Assembly (NCBI GenBank): GCA_050486505.1 | Contig: JBJHDK010000018.1 | Location: 1 to 38,031 of the forward strand | Source: Fibrobacteria bacterium | Lineage (GTDB): Bacteria > Fibrobacterota > Fibrobacteria > UBA11236 | DNA: 38,031 nt | Reading direction: 5' to 3' | In this document: positions 9,996 to 18,038 of the stretch, in pieces | Position numbering within the stretch: position 1 is the stretch's first letter | Layout: every line of letters begins with the position of its first letter | Notes under the pieces: generated by a model | Databases searched by the model: none | What the model saw: the letters and a program-made list of their open reading frames with translations, nothing else | What the model was told of the DNA's origin: nothing | Program-made: the position numbers and the translations under genes

Positions 9996-10030
9996 TTCGC
10001 TGTTCGCTGTATGCTGTCCGCTGTGCGCTA
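9996..10030 (-). repeat. Heptamer tandem array (TTCGCTG-like x5), inverted relative to 9847-9890
   Basis: TTCGCTG TTCGCTG TATGCTG TCCGCTG TGCGCTA; the reverse-complement unit CAGCGAA also occurs in the left array. Confidence 0.85.
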
Positions 10031-10034
10031 TCTT
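10029..10034 (+). promoter_or_regulatory. -10-like box TATCTT 7 nt before the radA ATG (leaderless-type promoter)
   Basis: TATCTT-TCCCCCT-ATG, no SD; same geometry at seven other genes in the window. Confidence 0.65.
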
Positions 10035-10041
10035 TCCCCCT

Positions 10042-11445
10042 ATGCCCAAGGCCGCGAAATCCCCAGCGAAACCCCCCGTCTTTGCATGCCGCGAATGCGG
10101 CGACACGTTCACCAAGTGGGCGGGGAAATGTCCGTCCTGCGGGACATGGGACTCCCTGATCGAGTTCAAGGAAGCTCCCGCCGAGGCCGCCGTGTCGGCG
10201 CGCGGACTGGGCAACGCCGGTTCGCCCGGCCTCGCGGGCGGCGGCGTCATGCCGCTGCGCGACGTGCCCGCGCAAGATGAAAACCGCGTGCGCACCGGCA
10301 TCGCTGAGTTCGATCGCGTGCTCGGCGGCGGCGTGGTGGAAGGCTCCCTGATTCTCATCGGCGGCGATCCGGGCATCGGCAAATCCACGCTGTTGCTGCA
10401 AACCGCCGCCCTGCTCTCCGCCGGCGGCGTGAAGACGCTCTATATCTCGGGCGAAGAATCGCTCGGGCAGCTCAAGCTGCGCGCCGCGCGCCTGGAAACC
10501 CCGGGCTCCGACCTGCTCGTCGCGGCCGAAACCGATCTGAACGAGATCTTCCGCCGCGCCGCGGAGACGTCGCCGCGCGTGCTCATCATCGACTCCATCC
10601 AGACCGTATACAAGCCCGACGTGGCCTCCTCACCGGGATCGGTGACGCAGTTGCGCGAAGCCACGCTCGCACTGATGGTCCATGCCAAGACCACGGGGTG
10701 CGCCGTCTTTCTGGTCGGCCACGTCACCAAGGAGGGCCAGCTCGCCGGTCCGCGCATTCTCGAGCACATGGTCGACACGGTGATTTACTTCGAAGGCGAA
10801 CGCCACCACGCCTATCGCATCTTGCGCGCGGTGAAGAATCGCTTCGGGGCGACACACGAAATCGGCGTGTTCGAAATGGCGTCGACCGGGCTGCAGCAGG
10901 TCGCCAACCCCTCCGAGGCCTTTCTGCAGACCCGCGACGATCGCGCGGCCGGATCGGTGGTGACGTGCTGCCTCGAAGGGAGCCGCCCCCTGTTGCTCGA
11001 GGTGCAGGCGCTGGTCGGTCGCACGAATTACGCCATGCCGCAGCGCGTGAGCATGGGCTTCGACCAGAAGCGCCTGACCTTGCTACTGGCCATCCTCGAA
11101 AAGTTCGCGGGACTCGAAATCGGCCCGCAGGATGTGTTCGTGAATTTGGCGGGGGGCTTCCGTGTCGACGAGCCGGCGATCGACCTGGCGGTCGCCGCCG
11201 CGGTGGCGGGGAATCATCTGGGCAAACGCTCCCGTTCGGGGACGCTGGCGCTGGGCGAGCTGGGCCTCAACGGCGAGCTGCGCCCCGTGCCGCAACTTGA
11301 GGCCCGCCTGCGCGAGGCGCGGCGGCTGGGCTTCACCCGCGCGATCGTTCCGGAGACGCAGAAGTCCCCGCCGAGGATTCAGGGGTTGGAGTTGTTCACT
11401 GCAAAGCGCGTGCGGGACGCGTTGGACGGGTTGTTTGAGGGGTGA
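10042..11445 (+). CDS. radA: DNA repair protein RadA/Sms
   Basis: C4 zinc finger CRECG...CPSCG, Walker A GDPGIGKST, DSIQT, KNRFG motif, Lon-like C-terminal domain. Confidence 0.99.
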   Translation: MPKAAKSPAKPPVFACRECGDTFTKWAGKCPSCGTWDSLIEFKEAPAEAAVSARGLGNAGSPGLAGGGVMPLRDVPAQDENRVRTGIAEFDRVLGGGVVEGSLILIGGDPGIGKSTLLLQTAALLSAGGVKTLYISGEESLGQLKLRAARLETPGSDLLVAAETDLNEIFRRAAETSPRVLIIDSIQTVYKPDVASSPGSVTQLREATLALMVHAKTTGCAVFLVGHVTKEGQLAGPRILEHMVDTVIYFEGERHHAYRILRAVKNRFGATHEIGVFEMASTGLQQVANPSEAFLQTRDDRAAGSVVTCCLEGSRPLLLEVQALVGRTNYAMPQRVSMGFDQKRLTLLLAILEKFAGLEIGPQDVFVNLAGGFRVDEPAIDLAVAAAVAGNHLGKRSRSGTLALGELGLNGELRPVPQLEARLREARRLGFTRAIVPETQKSPPRIQGLELFTAKRVRDALDGLFEG

Positions 11446-11693
11446 CGAGGCAATACAACAGTACAACAGTATGAACCTCATCCGGTTCCAAATTCTGCGT
11501 GATGTCAGGGTGAGAACAAAAGCTTCAAACCAGAGTATCGCCGAGGTTCATGCAGGTGCACCCTGAACCTCACCCTCTCACCCACACCCTCCCCAACTCC
11601 GAGGCTGTATTGCCCAAAACGGTCTGAAAAATCCATTTCATCATCCGGCATGCTCCTTGCCTTCTCGACGGGCCACATCCCCGGGGAACACGC

Positions 11694-11951
11694 ATGCCTA
11701 CGATTCTTCTACTCAACGGTTGGCGCTTTTTCTTCTACGCCGAGGAAGGCTCCGAACCCATTCATGTGCACTGCAAGAAAGGCGATGCCGATGCCAAGTA
11801 CTGGTTGAATCCCGAAACCTTCGAGATCACCGAAGCCCGCGCCAAAGGAATGACTCCGGCCGACAAGCGCATTGTCCGTAAAATCATCTACGAGCACTTT
11901 GATTATTTTGTGGCCGAGTGGAATTCGTTTCAGGAGCATAAAAATGGGTAG
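11694..11951 (+). CDS. DUF4160 family protein, putative HicA-like toxin
   Basis: MPTI..GWRFFFYAEEGSEPIHVH...AKYWL...W..F pattern, 85 aa, overlaps a DUF2442-like gene. Confidence 0.82.
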   Translation: MPTILLLNGWRFFFYAEEGSEPIHVHCKKGDADAKYWLNPETFEITEARAKGMTPADKRIVRKIIYEHFDYFVAEWNSFQEHKNG

Positions 11952-12177
11952 CGAACACATAATCCGCAATCCTCGCATCGAAGGAACCACCCTTCACCTC
12001 GAAGTGGACGGTATTCCTCACGCCTTCGACCTCCCCCGACGCTCACGTCGCCTCGCCGCCGCGACTCCGGAACAGCTTGCAAATTTCGAGATCGCCGCCT
12101 CCGGCTACGGGATCCACTGGCCTGACGTCGACGAAGACATCACCATCGACGGCCTGATCCGCGGGGTCGTCGTCTAG
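11944..12177 (+). CDS. DUF2442 family protein, putative antitoxin
   Basis: ATG 11944 after a GGAG SD; RLAAATPEQLANFEI..SGYGIHWPDVDEDITIDGL is the DUF2442 pattern. Confidence 0.85.
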   Translation: MGSEHIIRNPRIEGTTLHLEVDGIPHAFDLPRRSRRLAAATPEQLANFEIAASGYGIHWPDVDEDITIDGLIRGVVV

Positions 12178-12315
12178 ATCCTCGCCTCCGGGATTTTCCG
12201 CTCCGGCATCACGATCTTCGCGACCCTCGCCTTCCCCCCACTTCTCTGTGTTCTCTGTGTCCTTTCGTGGCCATTCCATGGCCATTCCCGAACCCGAACC
12301 TATCTTTACCCTCCC

Positions 12316-13467
12316 ATGCCCCCCCCTCCCCCCTTTTTCACCCTCGAAACCACCTCCTCCGGTTCCAAAGCCCGCGCGGGACACATCCTGACAGCTCACG
12401 GCGAGATCGAAACGCCTGTGTTCATGCCCGTGGGAACCGCCGGTGCGGTCAAGGCGCTGTCGCCCCAGCGCGTTGAGGAGACCGGTGCGAACATCATCCT
12501 CGGCAACACCTATCACCTCTACCTCCGCCCCGGAACGGACCTCATCGCCGAGGCCGGGGGCCTGCATCGGTTTGCCAACTGGAAACGCTCGATGCTCACC
12601 GACTCCGGAGGATTCCAGGTGTGGAGCCTGGAGACGTTGCGCAAAATCACCGAGGAAGGAGTGACCTTCCGCTCGCACATCGACGGCTCGAAACACCTGT
12701 TCACGCCCGAGTCCGTCATGGAGGCCCAACGCAAGATCGGCGCAGACATCATCATGGCCTTCGACGAGTGCACCCCCTGGCCCGCCACGCCGGACGAGGT
12801 GCGCAAGTCCCTGGGGCTGACGCAACGCTGGACCGAGCGCGCGCTGGAGTGGCTGGCAAAGAATCCCCCCCTGCACGGCTATCCCCAGCACTTCTTCGGC
12901 ATCGTGCAAGGCGGCATGCTTCCGGAGGCACGGCAGGAAGCCATCGAGCATCTCGTTCCCCTTGATCTCCCCGGCTACGCGCTCGGTGGACTGAGCGTGG
13001 GTGAACCCGCCGAGGTGATGTACGCCGTCGCGGACCACGCCACCGGATACCTGCCGCAGGACAAGCCGCGCTATGTCATGGGCGTGGGGACTCCGACGAA
13101 CCTGCTCGAACTCATTGAGCGCGGCGTGGACATGTTCGACTGCGTACTTCCCACGCGCAACGCGCGCAACGGCACGGTGTACACGTGGGACGGGCCCCTG
13201 CACTACAAGGCCGCCCGCCACGCGAAGGAACTGGATGTTCCGCTGGACGCCCGGTGCGGATGCTACACCTGCCGCAACTTCTCGCGCGCCTACCTGCGCC
13301 ACCTCTTCGTCGCGGGCGAATATCTCGCCCTGGAGCTCTCCAGCCTACACACGCTGACCTTTTACCAGGATCTTATGCGAGAGGCTCGAACCCGTATTCT
13401 TTCGGGGACTTACGAAAGCTGGAAAGCCGACCTTCTGTCGCATTGGCAGTCCCGGTCCACGGCCTGA
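12316..13467 (+). CDS. tgt: tRNA-guanine transglycosylase
   Basis: TPVFMPVGT, LGNTYHL, TDSGGFQ, GIVQGG, DMFDCVLPTRNAR, zinc motif CGCYTC. Confidence 0.99.
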   Translation: MPPPPPFFTLETTSSGSKARAGHILTAHGEIETPVFMPVGTAGAVKALSPQRVEETGANIILGNTYHLYLRPGTDLIAEAGGLHRFANWKRSMLTDSGGFQVWSLETLRKITEEGVTFRSHIDGSKHLFTPESVMEAQRKIGADIIMAFDECTPWPATPDEVRKSLGLTQRWTERALEWLAKNPPLHGYPQHFFGIVQGGMLPEARQEAIEHLVPLDLPGYALGGLSVGEPAEVMYAVADHATGYLPQDKPRYVMGVGTPTNLLELIERGVDMFDCVLPTRNARNGTVYTWDGPLHYKAARHAKELDVPLDARCGCYTCRNFSRAYLRHLFVAGEYLALELSSLHTLTFYQDLMREARTRILSGTYESWKADLLSHWQSRSTA

Positions 13468-13558
13468 ACGTTTCACGCGGATTTTTCCGTGGCGGGAACA
13501 CCCCTCCGGTCGGATATTAAGTCCATGGCCCGATCCCGGGACCGGATGGAGACGAAGT

Positions 13559-13771
13559 ATGAAGCGCAGGAATCCTCTTCCCGCCGCAATGGACGAAGCC
13601 GAGACGGACGAGGAAGAATATCAGGAAGCCAACCATTCCCTTGAGGCGCACCATCGCGTGCGTGCCGGAGCGGGACTCGACGAGGATGGCATGGATCCCG
13701 ACGATCCCAACGTCAGCGCCTTCTACGCCCAGGCCGGTGCCGAGGATCGCTTGCGCGAAATCGGATTCTGA
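13559..13771 (+). CDS. Small acidic hypothetical protein (70 aa)
   Basis: GGAG SD upstream; fills the gap between tgt and the convergent methyltransferase, with stops 3 nt apart; no recognised domain. Confidence 0.6.
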   Translation: MKRRNPLPAAMDEAETDEEEYQEANHSLEAHHRVRAGAGLDEDGMDPDDPNVSAFYAQAGAEDRLREIGF

Positions 13772-13774
13772 CGG

Positions 13775-14578
13775 TCAGGATTCGACCCGGGCGGAGGGCT
13801 GCTTCACCGCCAACCCCAAATACGACAAGGCCAAAGATCGCGTCCGCACGAAGCGGAAGTCCTCCGGCACGACGCGCGTGGCGAGCATCTTCCAGAAGGC
13901 CCCGCGCAAGAAGTCGGGACGCACGCCCGTCCATGCGACGGGTTCGAGGCCGGCGTCGCGACAATAACCCGCCAACTCGTGCGGCTTGATGAACAGCCGC
14001 AGCACGTGCATGTGATCGGGCGTGTTGCGCACGAACCACTCGACACCCTTGATGATGATCAGCCACGCCAGCGGGTTGCGGTTGAAGGTGTGGAAGCAGA
14101 ACAGCCCCCCGGGCCGTAGCACGCGGGCCGCTTCGCGCACCGATTCCGCCGGATCTTCGATATGCTCGAGGAAATCCATCGAGGCCACCACGTCGAACGC
14201 CCCATCGCGATACGGCAGCCTCAACGCGTCGCCGCGCGCGTAGTGCAACGAGGCATCCACACCCTGCGAGACGCGCAGGCTCGGCAACGACCAGTCGAGC
14301 GCATGCACGGCATGCCCTTCGGCGCGCAAGGCGCGGGCGAGAAAACCCGCCCCGCAGCCGACATCGAGAATGTTCAGGGGGGGAATCTCCGAAGTCCCCC
14401 TCCCCTCGGGGTCGGTGGAGAGCACCCCCATCCTTTCCCGTAATTGCTCGAGCAGCCACGCCTGCTTCGCCACGCCCTCGGCCCGCAGCAACGCGACGGG
14501 GTCGTCCTGGGCGTGCAGCCAGCGCGTCCCCAGGTCATCGTAGAAGGCATTGTTTACGGGGATGTCTTTGGAGCCCAT
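13775..14578 (-). CDS. UbiG-like SAM-dependent O-methyltransferase
   Basis: Start MGSKDIPVNNAFYDDLGTRW; motif I ILDVGCGAG, FDVV...DFLEH, LRPGGLF, TFNRN, H...FIKP.EL as in UbiG/COQ3. Confidence 0.88.
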   Translation of the reverse strand: MGSKDIPVNNAFYDDLGTRWLHAQDDPVALLRAEGVAKQAWLLEQLRERMGVLSTDPEGRGTSEIPPLNILDVGCGAGFLARALRAEGHAVHALDWSLPSLRVSQGVDASLHYARGDALRLPYRDGAFDVVASMDFLEHIEDPAESVREAARVLRPGGLFCFHTFNRNPLAWLIIIKGVEWFVRNTPDHMHVLRLFIKPHELAGYCRDAGLEPVAWTGVRPDFLRGAFWKMLATRVVPEDFRFVRTRSLALSYLGLAVKQPSARVES

Positions 14579-15024
14579 GGGCCGTTCCAGTAGAGGGTTT
14601 GCCATGCGAGGAAAGCGGTGACGAGGACGGCCTGCAAGGTAATCCAGCCAGTCTCCCCCGCACGCCAGAGCAGGAAGATCATCACGAAAAGGACGGGGTG
14701 CAGGAGGAAGAGCACGGCGTGCAGCCATTGCTCTCCGGGGACGCACAGGCGGGCGTGCACCCATTCGTCCTTGGTGACGAAGAGGCTGGAGAAGATCGCC
14801 AGTCCGAGAAAGGTTGCGATCCACGGAGAGGCGGGCGGAAACAGCAGTGCGAGGAGAAGCGGCGAGAGGACGGTGAGAGTGTCGAGCGGATGGCCGATGC
14901 GTTCCCACCTCGGGATCTCGCGACGGCGGTGGAACCAGAATTCGTCCGCGAGCATCAGCAAGCCCTGCAGGGCGAACACCGTCAGCGCGAGCGGCACGAG
15001 GGGGATGAAGGATTCGAGGGGCAA
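14554..15024 (-). CDS. Small integral membrane protein with duplicated acidic/His motifs
   Basis: About 5 hydrophobic segments; starts 3 nt after the PKS stop (TTG) and overlaps the methyltransferase start; DEFWFH..ERIGH and DEWVH..EQWLH. Confidence 0.8.
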   Translation of the reverse strand: MPLESFIPLVPLALTVFALQGLLMLADEFWFHRRREIPRWERIGHPLDTLTVLSPLLLALLFPPASPWIATFLGLAIFSSLFVTKDEWVHARLCVPGEQWLHAVLFLLHPVLFVMIFLLWRAGETGWITLQAVLVTAFLAWQTLYWNGPWAPKTSP

Positions 15025-15027
15025 GGC

Positions 15028-16215
15028 TCACACCTTCCGCATCACCGAGCCATAAATCGTGAGGCCCGGGCCGAAGGCAAGGCTGACCACGGGCGTGCCG
15101 GGCACCACGGCGGGATCGCGAACGATTCGGTCCCAGATATGCGGCAGGGTCGCCGAGGACATGTTGCCGCGTTCGAAGAGAATCTCCCGGGATGCGCGAA
15201 GCTGCGTGGAATCCAGCTTCATCCACTCTTCCACCTTGTCCACGATGCGCGGCCCGCCCGGATGCACGGCCCACACGGCCTTGTCCAGATCGGTGCGCGA
15301 CAGGCCGGAGGCTTCGGCCAATGCGTCGGTGAACGCGCCGAGTTCCGGGCCCACCTTGTCGGGAACGTTGCGCGAGAGGGTCATGCGCATGCCGAAATCA
15401 CCCGGTGCCCAGCGGATGTCGTCCATCGAATCGGGCACGATGCGCTCGGCGAACCCCAGGATCTCGAGGCCGCCTCCGTCCGTGTCCGGCGCGACGGACT
15501 CGCCCAGACTGTAGCGGATGAAGCCGTCGGCGAACAGCGACTGCACGACGAGTTGCTCGGGATCATGTCGCGCGGGGTTGAGGTGCAGCGAGCAAACCTC
15601 GGTGTGCACGATGTCGCAGCGCCCTCTCCCCTTCCCCTTCGGCGCGCCGGTGCTGCCGGACGGTCCGGACGCCAGGTACCCTGCCGCGATGCGCACGGCG
15701 GGCAGGGCGGCGTAGCACCCCATGTGATAGGCATGGGTCACCCGCGCGCGGGCCTGCCAGCCGCGTTCCTCCACCAGCACCTGCGGCGCCGAAGGAGCCG
15801 CGTAGCCGGTGCACGTCACGTGGATGATCTCATCCGGGGAATCCTGCTCGCCTGCGTACAGCGCATTCACGGCACGCTCCGCCATGCCCGCGAACGCGTC
15901 CATCCGCGCGGCGGTTCCGGCGCCCTGCGGCATCCGGTCAACCGGAAACAGTTCCTTGCCCGCGAAGTCTTCGTCGAGAAACTCGCCGATGTCGCTGTAG
16001 CGGAAGCCTACGGTTTCGGGAGACGGGGCGAAGCGGCGCAAGTGGCGTTCCATCTGGCGGCGAAATGCGCCCGGATCGAATCCCGGATCGCCCTTGCGCA
16101 GCGTCTCTTCGGCACGGGCATGCGCGGCCGCGAGCCAGTTCACCACGTCGGCGTGCGAGCCGCGGAAGGCGGGGAGGTGAATGCGGAAGTTGGAGAGGAC
16201 GGGACGGGGGTGCAT
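15028..16215 (-). CDS. Type III polyketide synthase (chalcone/stilbene synthase family)
   Basis: Catalytic triad motifs HMGCYAA (Cys), WAVHPGG (His), GNMSSAT (Asn); also VTCTG, EVCSLH, LFADG, AFGPGLT. Start set at ATG 16215, 6 nt after TATCTT. Confidence 0.95.
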   Translation of the reverse strand: MHPRPVLSNFRIHLPAFRGSHADVVNWLAAAHARAEETLRKGDPGFDPGAFRRQMERHLRRFAPSPETVGFRYSDIGEFLDEDFAGKELFPVDRMPQGAGTAARMDAFAGMAERAVNALYAGEQDSPDEIIHVTCTGYAAPSAPQVLVEERGWQARARVTHAYHMGCYAALPAVRIAAGYLASGPSGSTGAPKGKGRGRCDIVHTEVCSLHLNPARHDPEQLVVQSLFADGFIRYSLGESVAPDTDGGGLEILGFAERIVPDSMDDIRWAPGDFGMRMTLSRNVPDKVGPELGAFTDALAEASGLSRTDLDKAVWAVHPGGPRIVDKVEEWMKLDSTQLRASREILFERGNMSSATLPHIWDRIVRDPAVVPGTPVVSLAFGPGLTIYGSVMRKV

Positions 16216-16296
16216 GTCACCAAGATACACCCTGCCGGGGGATGCTTCGCGGTCTATCGGGAATTTCCGGTCAGGGAGCGGATTCCAAGCCCTCGC

Positions 16297-17442
16297 CTAC
16301 TGCAAGTAAACCGCATACGGTTCTGTTTGTGCCCGCAGGTTCACGAGTACCACTTGGGAAGACATCACCGTATCGATGATCGGAAGTGCAGGATCCGCCG
16401 ATTCAGAATGGGACACGATGAGACGCCTTCCCACATGCTTCGGCAGGATCCGTAAACGAACCGTGAGATCATGGTCGTAAAACTCCTTGTCCAGGTTGTT
16501 CGTGACACTCAGCGAGAAGCTGTCCTCGCCTGTCGCATCCATGCGAACACGCGTGGCATTGCGCTGGAGGATGTACAAGGTCACGGCATCCATCCCTGCG
16601 AGCCAGACCTTTCCCTCGTCACGCAGCTCTTGTACCAAAGTCATGTCGGAAAGAAAGTTCTGTTGCCGGTAAAATCCCCATGCAATCCAATCGCGTCCCG
16701 GAGTTTCACCATCAAACCCGATGCTGTGATAAGTGCTGATCAACCAGGATCCAAGCTCCACATTCCTGTGCAAATGCTGCGCGAACTGCTCCGGGTTGTT
16801 GGTGCAAACATCCGTACAACCTTCAAAGGCTGCGTCTTCCATACGCAAAGACGGCAGGGTATACCAGTTCGGAGGCGCTTTTTCCTTTCCAGGCATGATG
16901 TACGGCCCATAACCCTGTACGCGCGGTTGAAACATGCGTCCCGAAAGAAATCCTGCATCGCGGAGAGCACGTTGTGTCGAGGCTTTTCGACCATTTCCAT
17001 AAGGATATGCGTACGAAACCGGCTTCAACCCATAGGAAACCATCCGTTCGTAATTGGTCCTGAAGGAATTGTATGCGCCATCATAATCGAAGGCATCATG
17101 ATCATCGTGGGCATGCCCATGCCCGAAGTATCCAAAGCCGTGGGGAATCAGCGAGTCCTTGAGAAAGTCCATGCGATGGGGATGCTCGTCGTAAAGCGTG
17201 GAAACAATCTCGTAATCCATGAACATGCCGCGCTCGATCAACCACTCGTTCTCGAAGGAAAAAACCTCAGGATCATCGGCGTCGAGCGTGGGAGAATAGG
17301 CGGACAAATACCCGTTATACCACTTGGTCAGGTCGGCACGAACATCCTGCGGTGCAGAATCATCGTTCCACAGCATGCAACCCGTGCTTCCGAAAACAAA
17401 CATGGAAAAAAGCAAAGAATGAAATGGCGCAAACCGGAACAT
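16297..17442 (-). CDS. Lipoprotein with polysaccharide deacetylase (CE4/NodB-like) domain
   Basis: Lipobox-like FGSTG-C; TLDAD, GHGHAH, YAYPYG and STYH correspond to the CE4 motifs; lower GC than its neighbours. Confidence 0.72.
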   Translation of the reverse strand: MFRFAPFHSLLFSMFVFGSTGCMLWNDDSAPQDVRADLTKWYNGYLSAYSPTLDADDPEVFSFENEWLIERGMFMDYEIVSTLYDEHPHRMDFLKDSLIPHGFGYFGHGHAHDDHDAFDYDGAYNSFRTNYERMVSYGLKPVSYAYPYGNGRKASTQRALRDAGFLSGRMFQPRVQGYGPYIMPGKEKAPPNWYTLPSLRMEDAAFEGCTDVCTNNPEQFAQHLHRNVELGSWLISTYHSIGFDGETPGRDWIAWGFYRQQNFLSDMTLVQELRDEGKVWLAGMDAVTLYILQRNATRVRMDATGEDSFSLSVTNNLDKEFYDHDLTVRLRILPKHVGRRLIVSHSESADPALPIIDTVMSSQVVLVNLRAQTEPYAVYLQ

Positions 17443-17482
17443 CGAGTTTCCCCTTCGAATAGACTGGAGCATCCTGTCCTAG

Positions 17483-17896
17483 TTACAAAGGTTCCTGGAC
17501 ATGTGACACAAAACGGGTGTTTGAATCCGGAATGGAGGCGCGCTTTCGTATTTTCCGCAATTCCTCCCGCAGCACCGATTCCGAGGATCGCTCGCTGCCA
17601 TCCGCGAACCGGATCCGGTACGGGCGGCCTGTGACCGAAGAGCGCGTGGCGCAGCGCAGAATGAAGTCCTCGGCGGTACGGACGTGTTTCTCCTGGTGCT
17701 TCCACTTCAGGCGCAGGTGTTCCACAGCCTCGGCGGGCGTGTGTTCCTTCCCGTTGCGGACGAACACGGCCCCCTCCTGCACCTCGACCCAGGCGAGCAA
17801 GGACTCGATCTCCGCGCGCGCGGTCGTGTCCGCCGTCGCGAAACACAACGACACGGAGAGCGCAGGGAGGAGCAAAAGGAGTTTCAGACGGAGCAT
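17483..17896 (-). CDS. DUF5329 (YfeK-like) exported protein
   Basis: Signal peptide, then EIESLL...FVRNGKEHT..EA.EHL..K...TAEDFI..CATRSS.TGRPY, the DUF5329 pattern. Confidence 0.8.
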   Translation of the reverse strand: MLRLKLLLLLPALSVSLCFATADTTARAEIESLLAWVEVQEGAVFVRNGKEHTPAEAVEHLRLKWKHQEKHVRTAEDFILRCATRSSVTGRPYRIRFADGSERSSESVLREELRKIRKRASIPDSNTRFVSHVQEPL

Positions 17897-17972
17897 GCCC
17901 CGAAAATAACCATTACCGCACAGCGCCCCCCCAAACCGCCGCAAGCATGAGGTCGCCGTAGGCGAACAAATC

Positions 17973-18003
17973 AAAAACCCCGCCTGTTTCCAGACGGGGT
18001 TTT
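17973..18003 (-). terminator. Intrinsic terminator of gltBD, probably bidirectional
   Basis: Minus strand CCCCGTCTG-GAAA-CAGGCGGGG followed by TTTTT; a T-run also follows on the plus strand. Confidence 0.85.
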
Positions 18004-18038
18004 GCATTGCATTCCTCTCCCGCAGGGGGAGCGGGGGG

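Noticed and set aside
9847..10030. Heptamer arrays as a CRISPR array
   Set aside because: Units are 7 nt and contiguous with no spacers; no cas genes in the window.
11471..11566. Short ORF MNLIRFQILRDVRVRTKASNQSIAEVHAGAP between radA and DUF4160
   Set aside because: 31 codons, overlaps repeat sequence and has no recognisable motif; insufficient support.
14579..15274. Apparent N-terminal extension of the methyltransferase (499-aa ORF)
   Set aside because: Overlaps the membrane-protein and PKS genes in another frame; UbiG-like similarity begins at Met 14578.
18013..18038. REP-like palindrome CCTCTCCCGCAGGGGGAGCGGGG after gltD
   Set aside because: Single imperfect copy in the window; cannot be supported as a repeat family without the rest of the genome.
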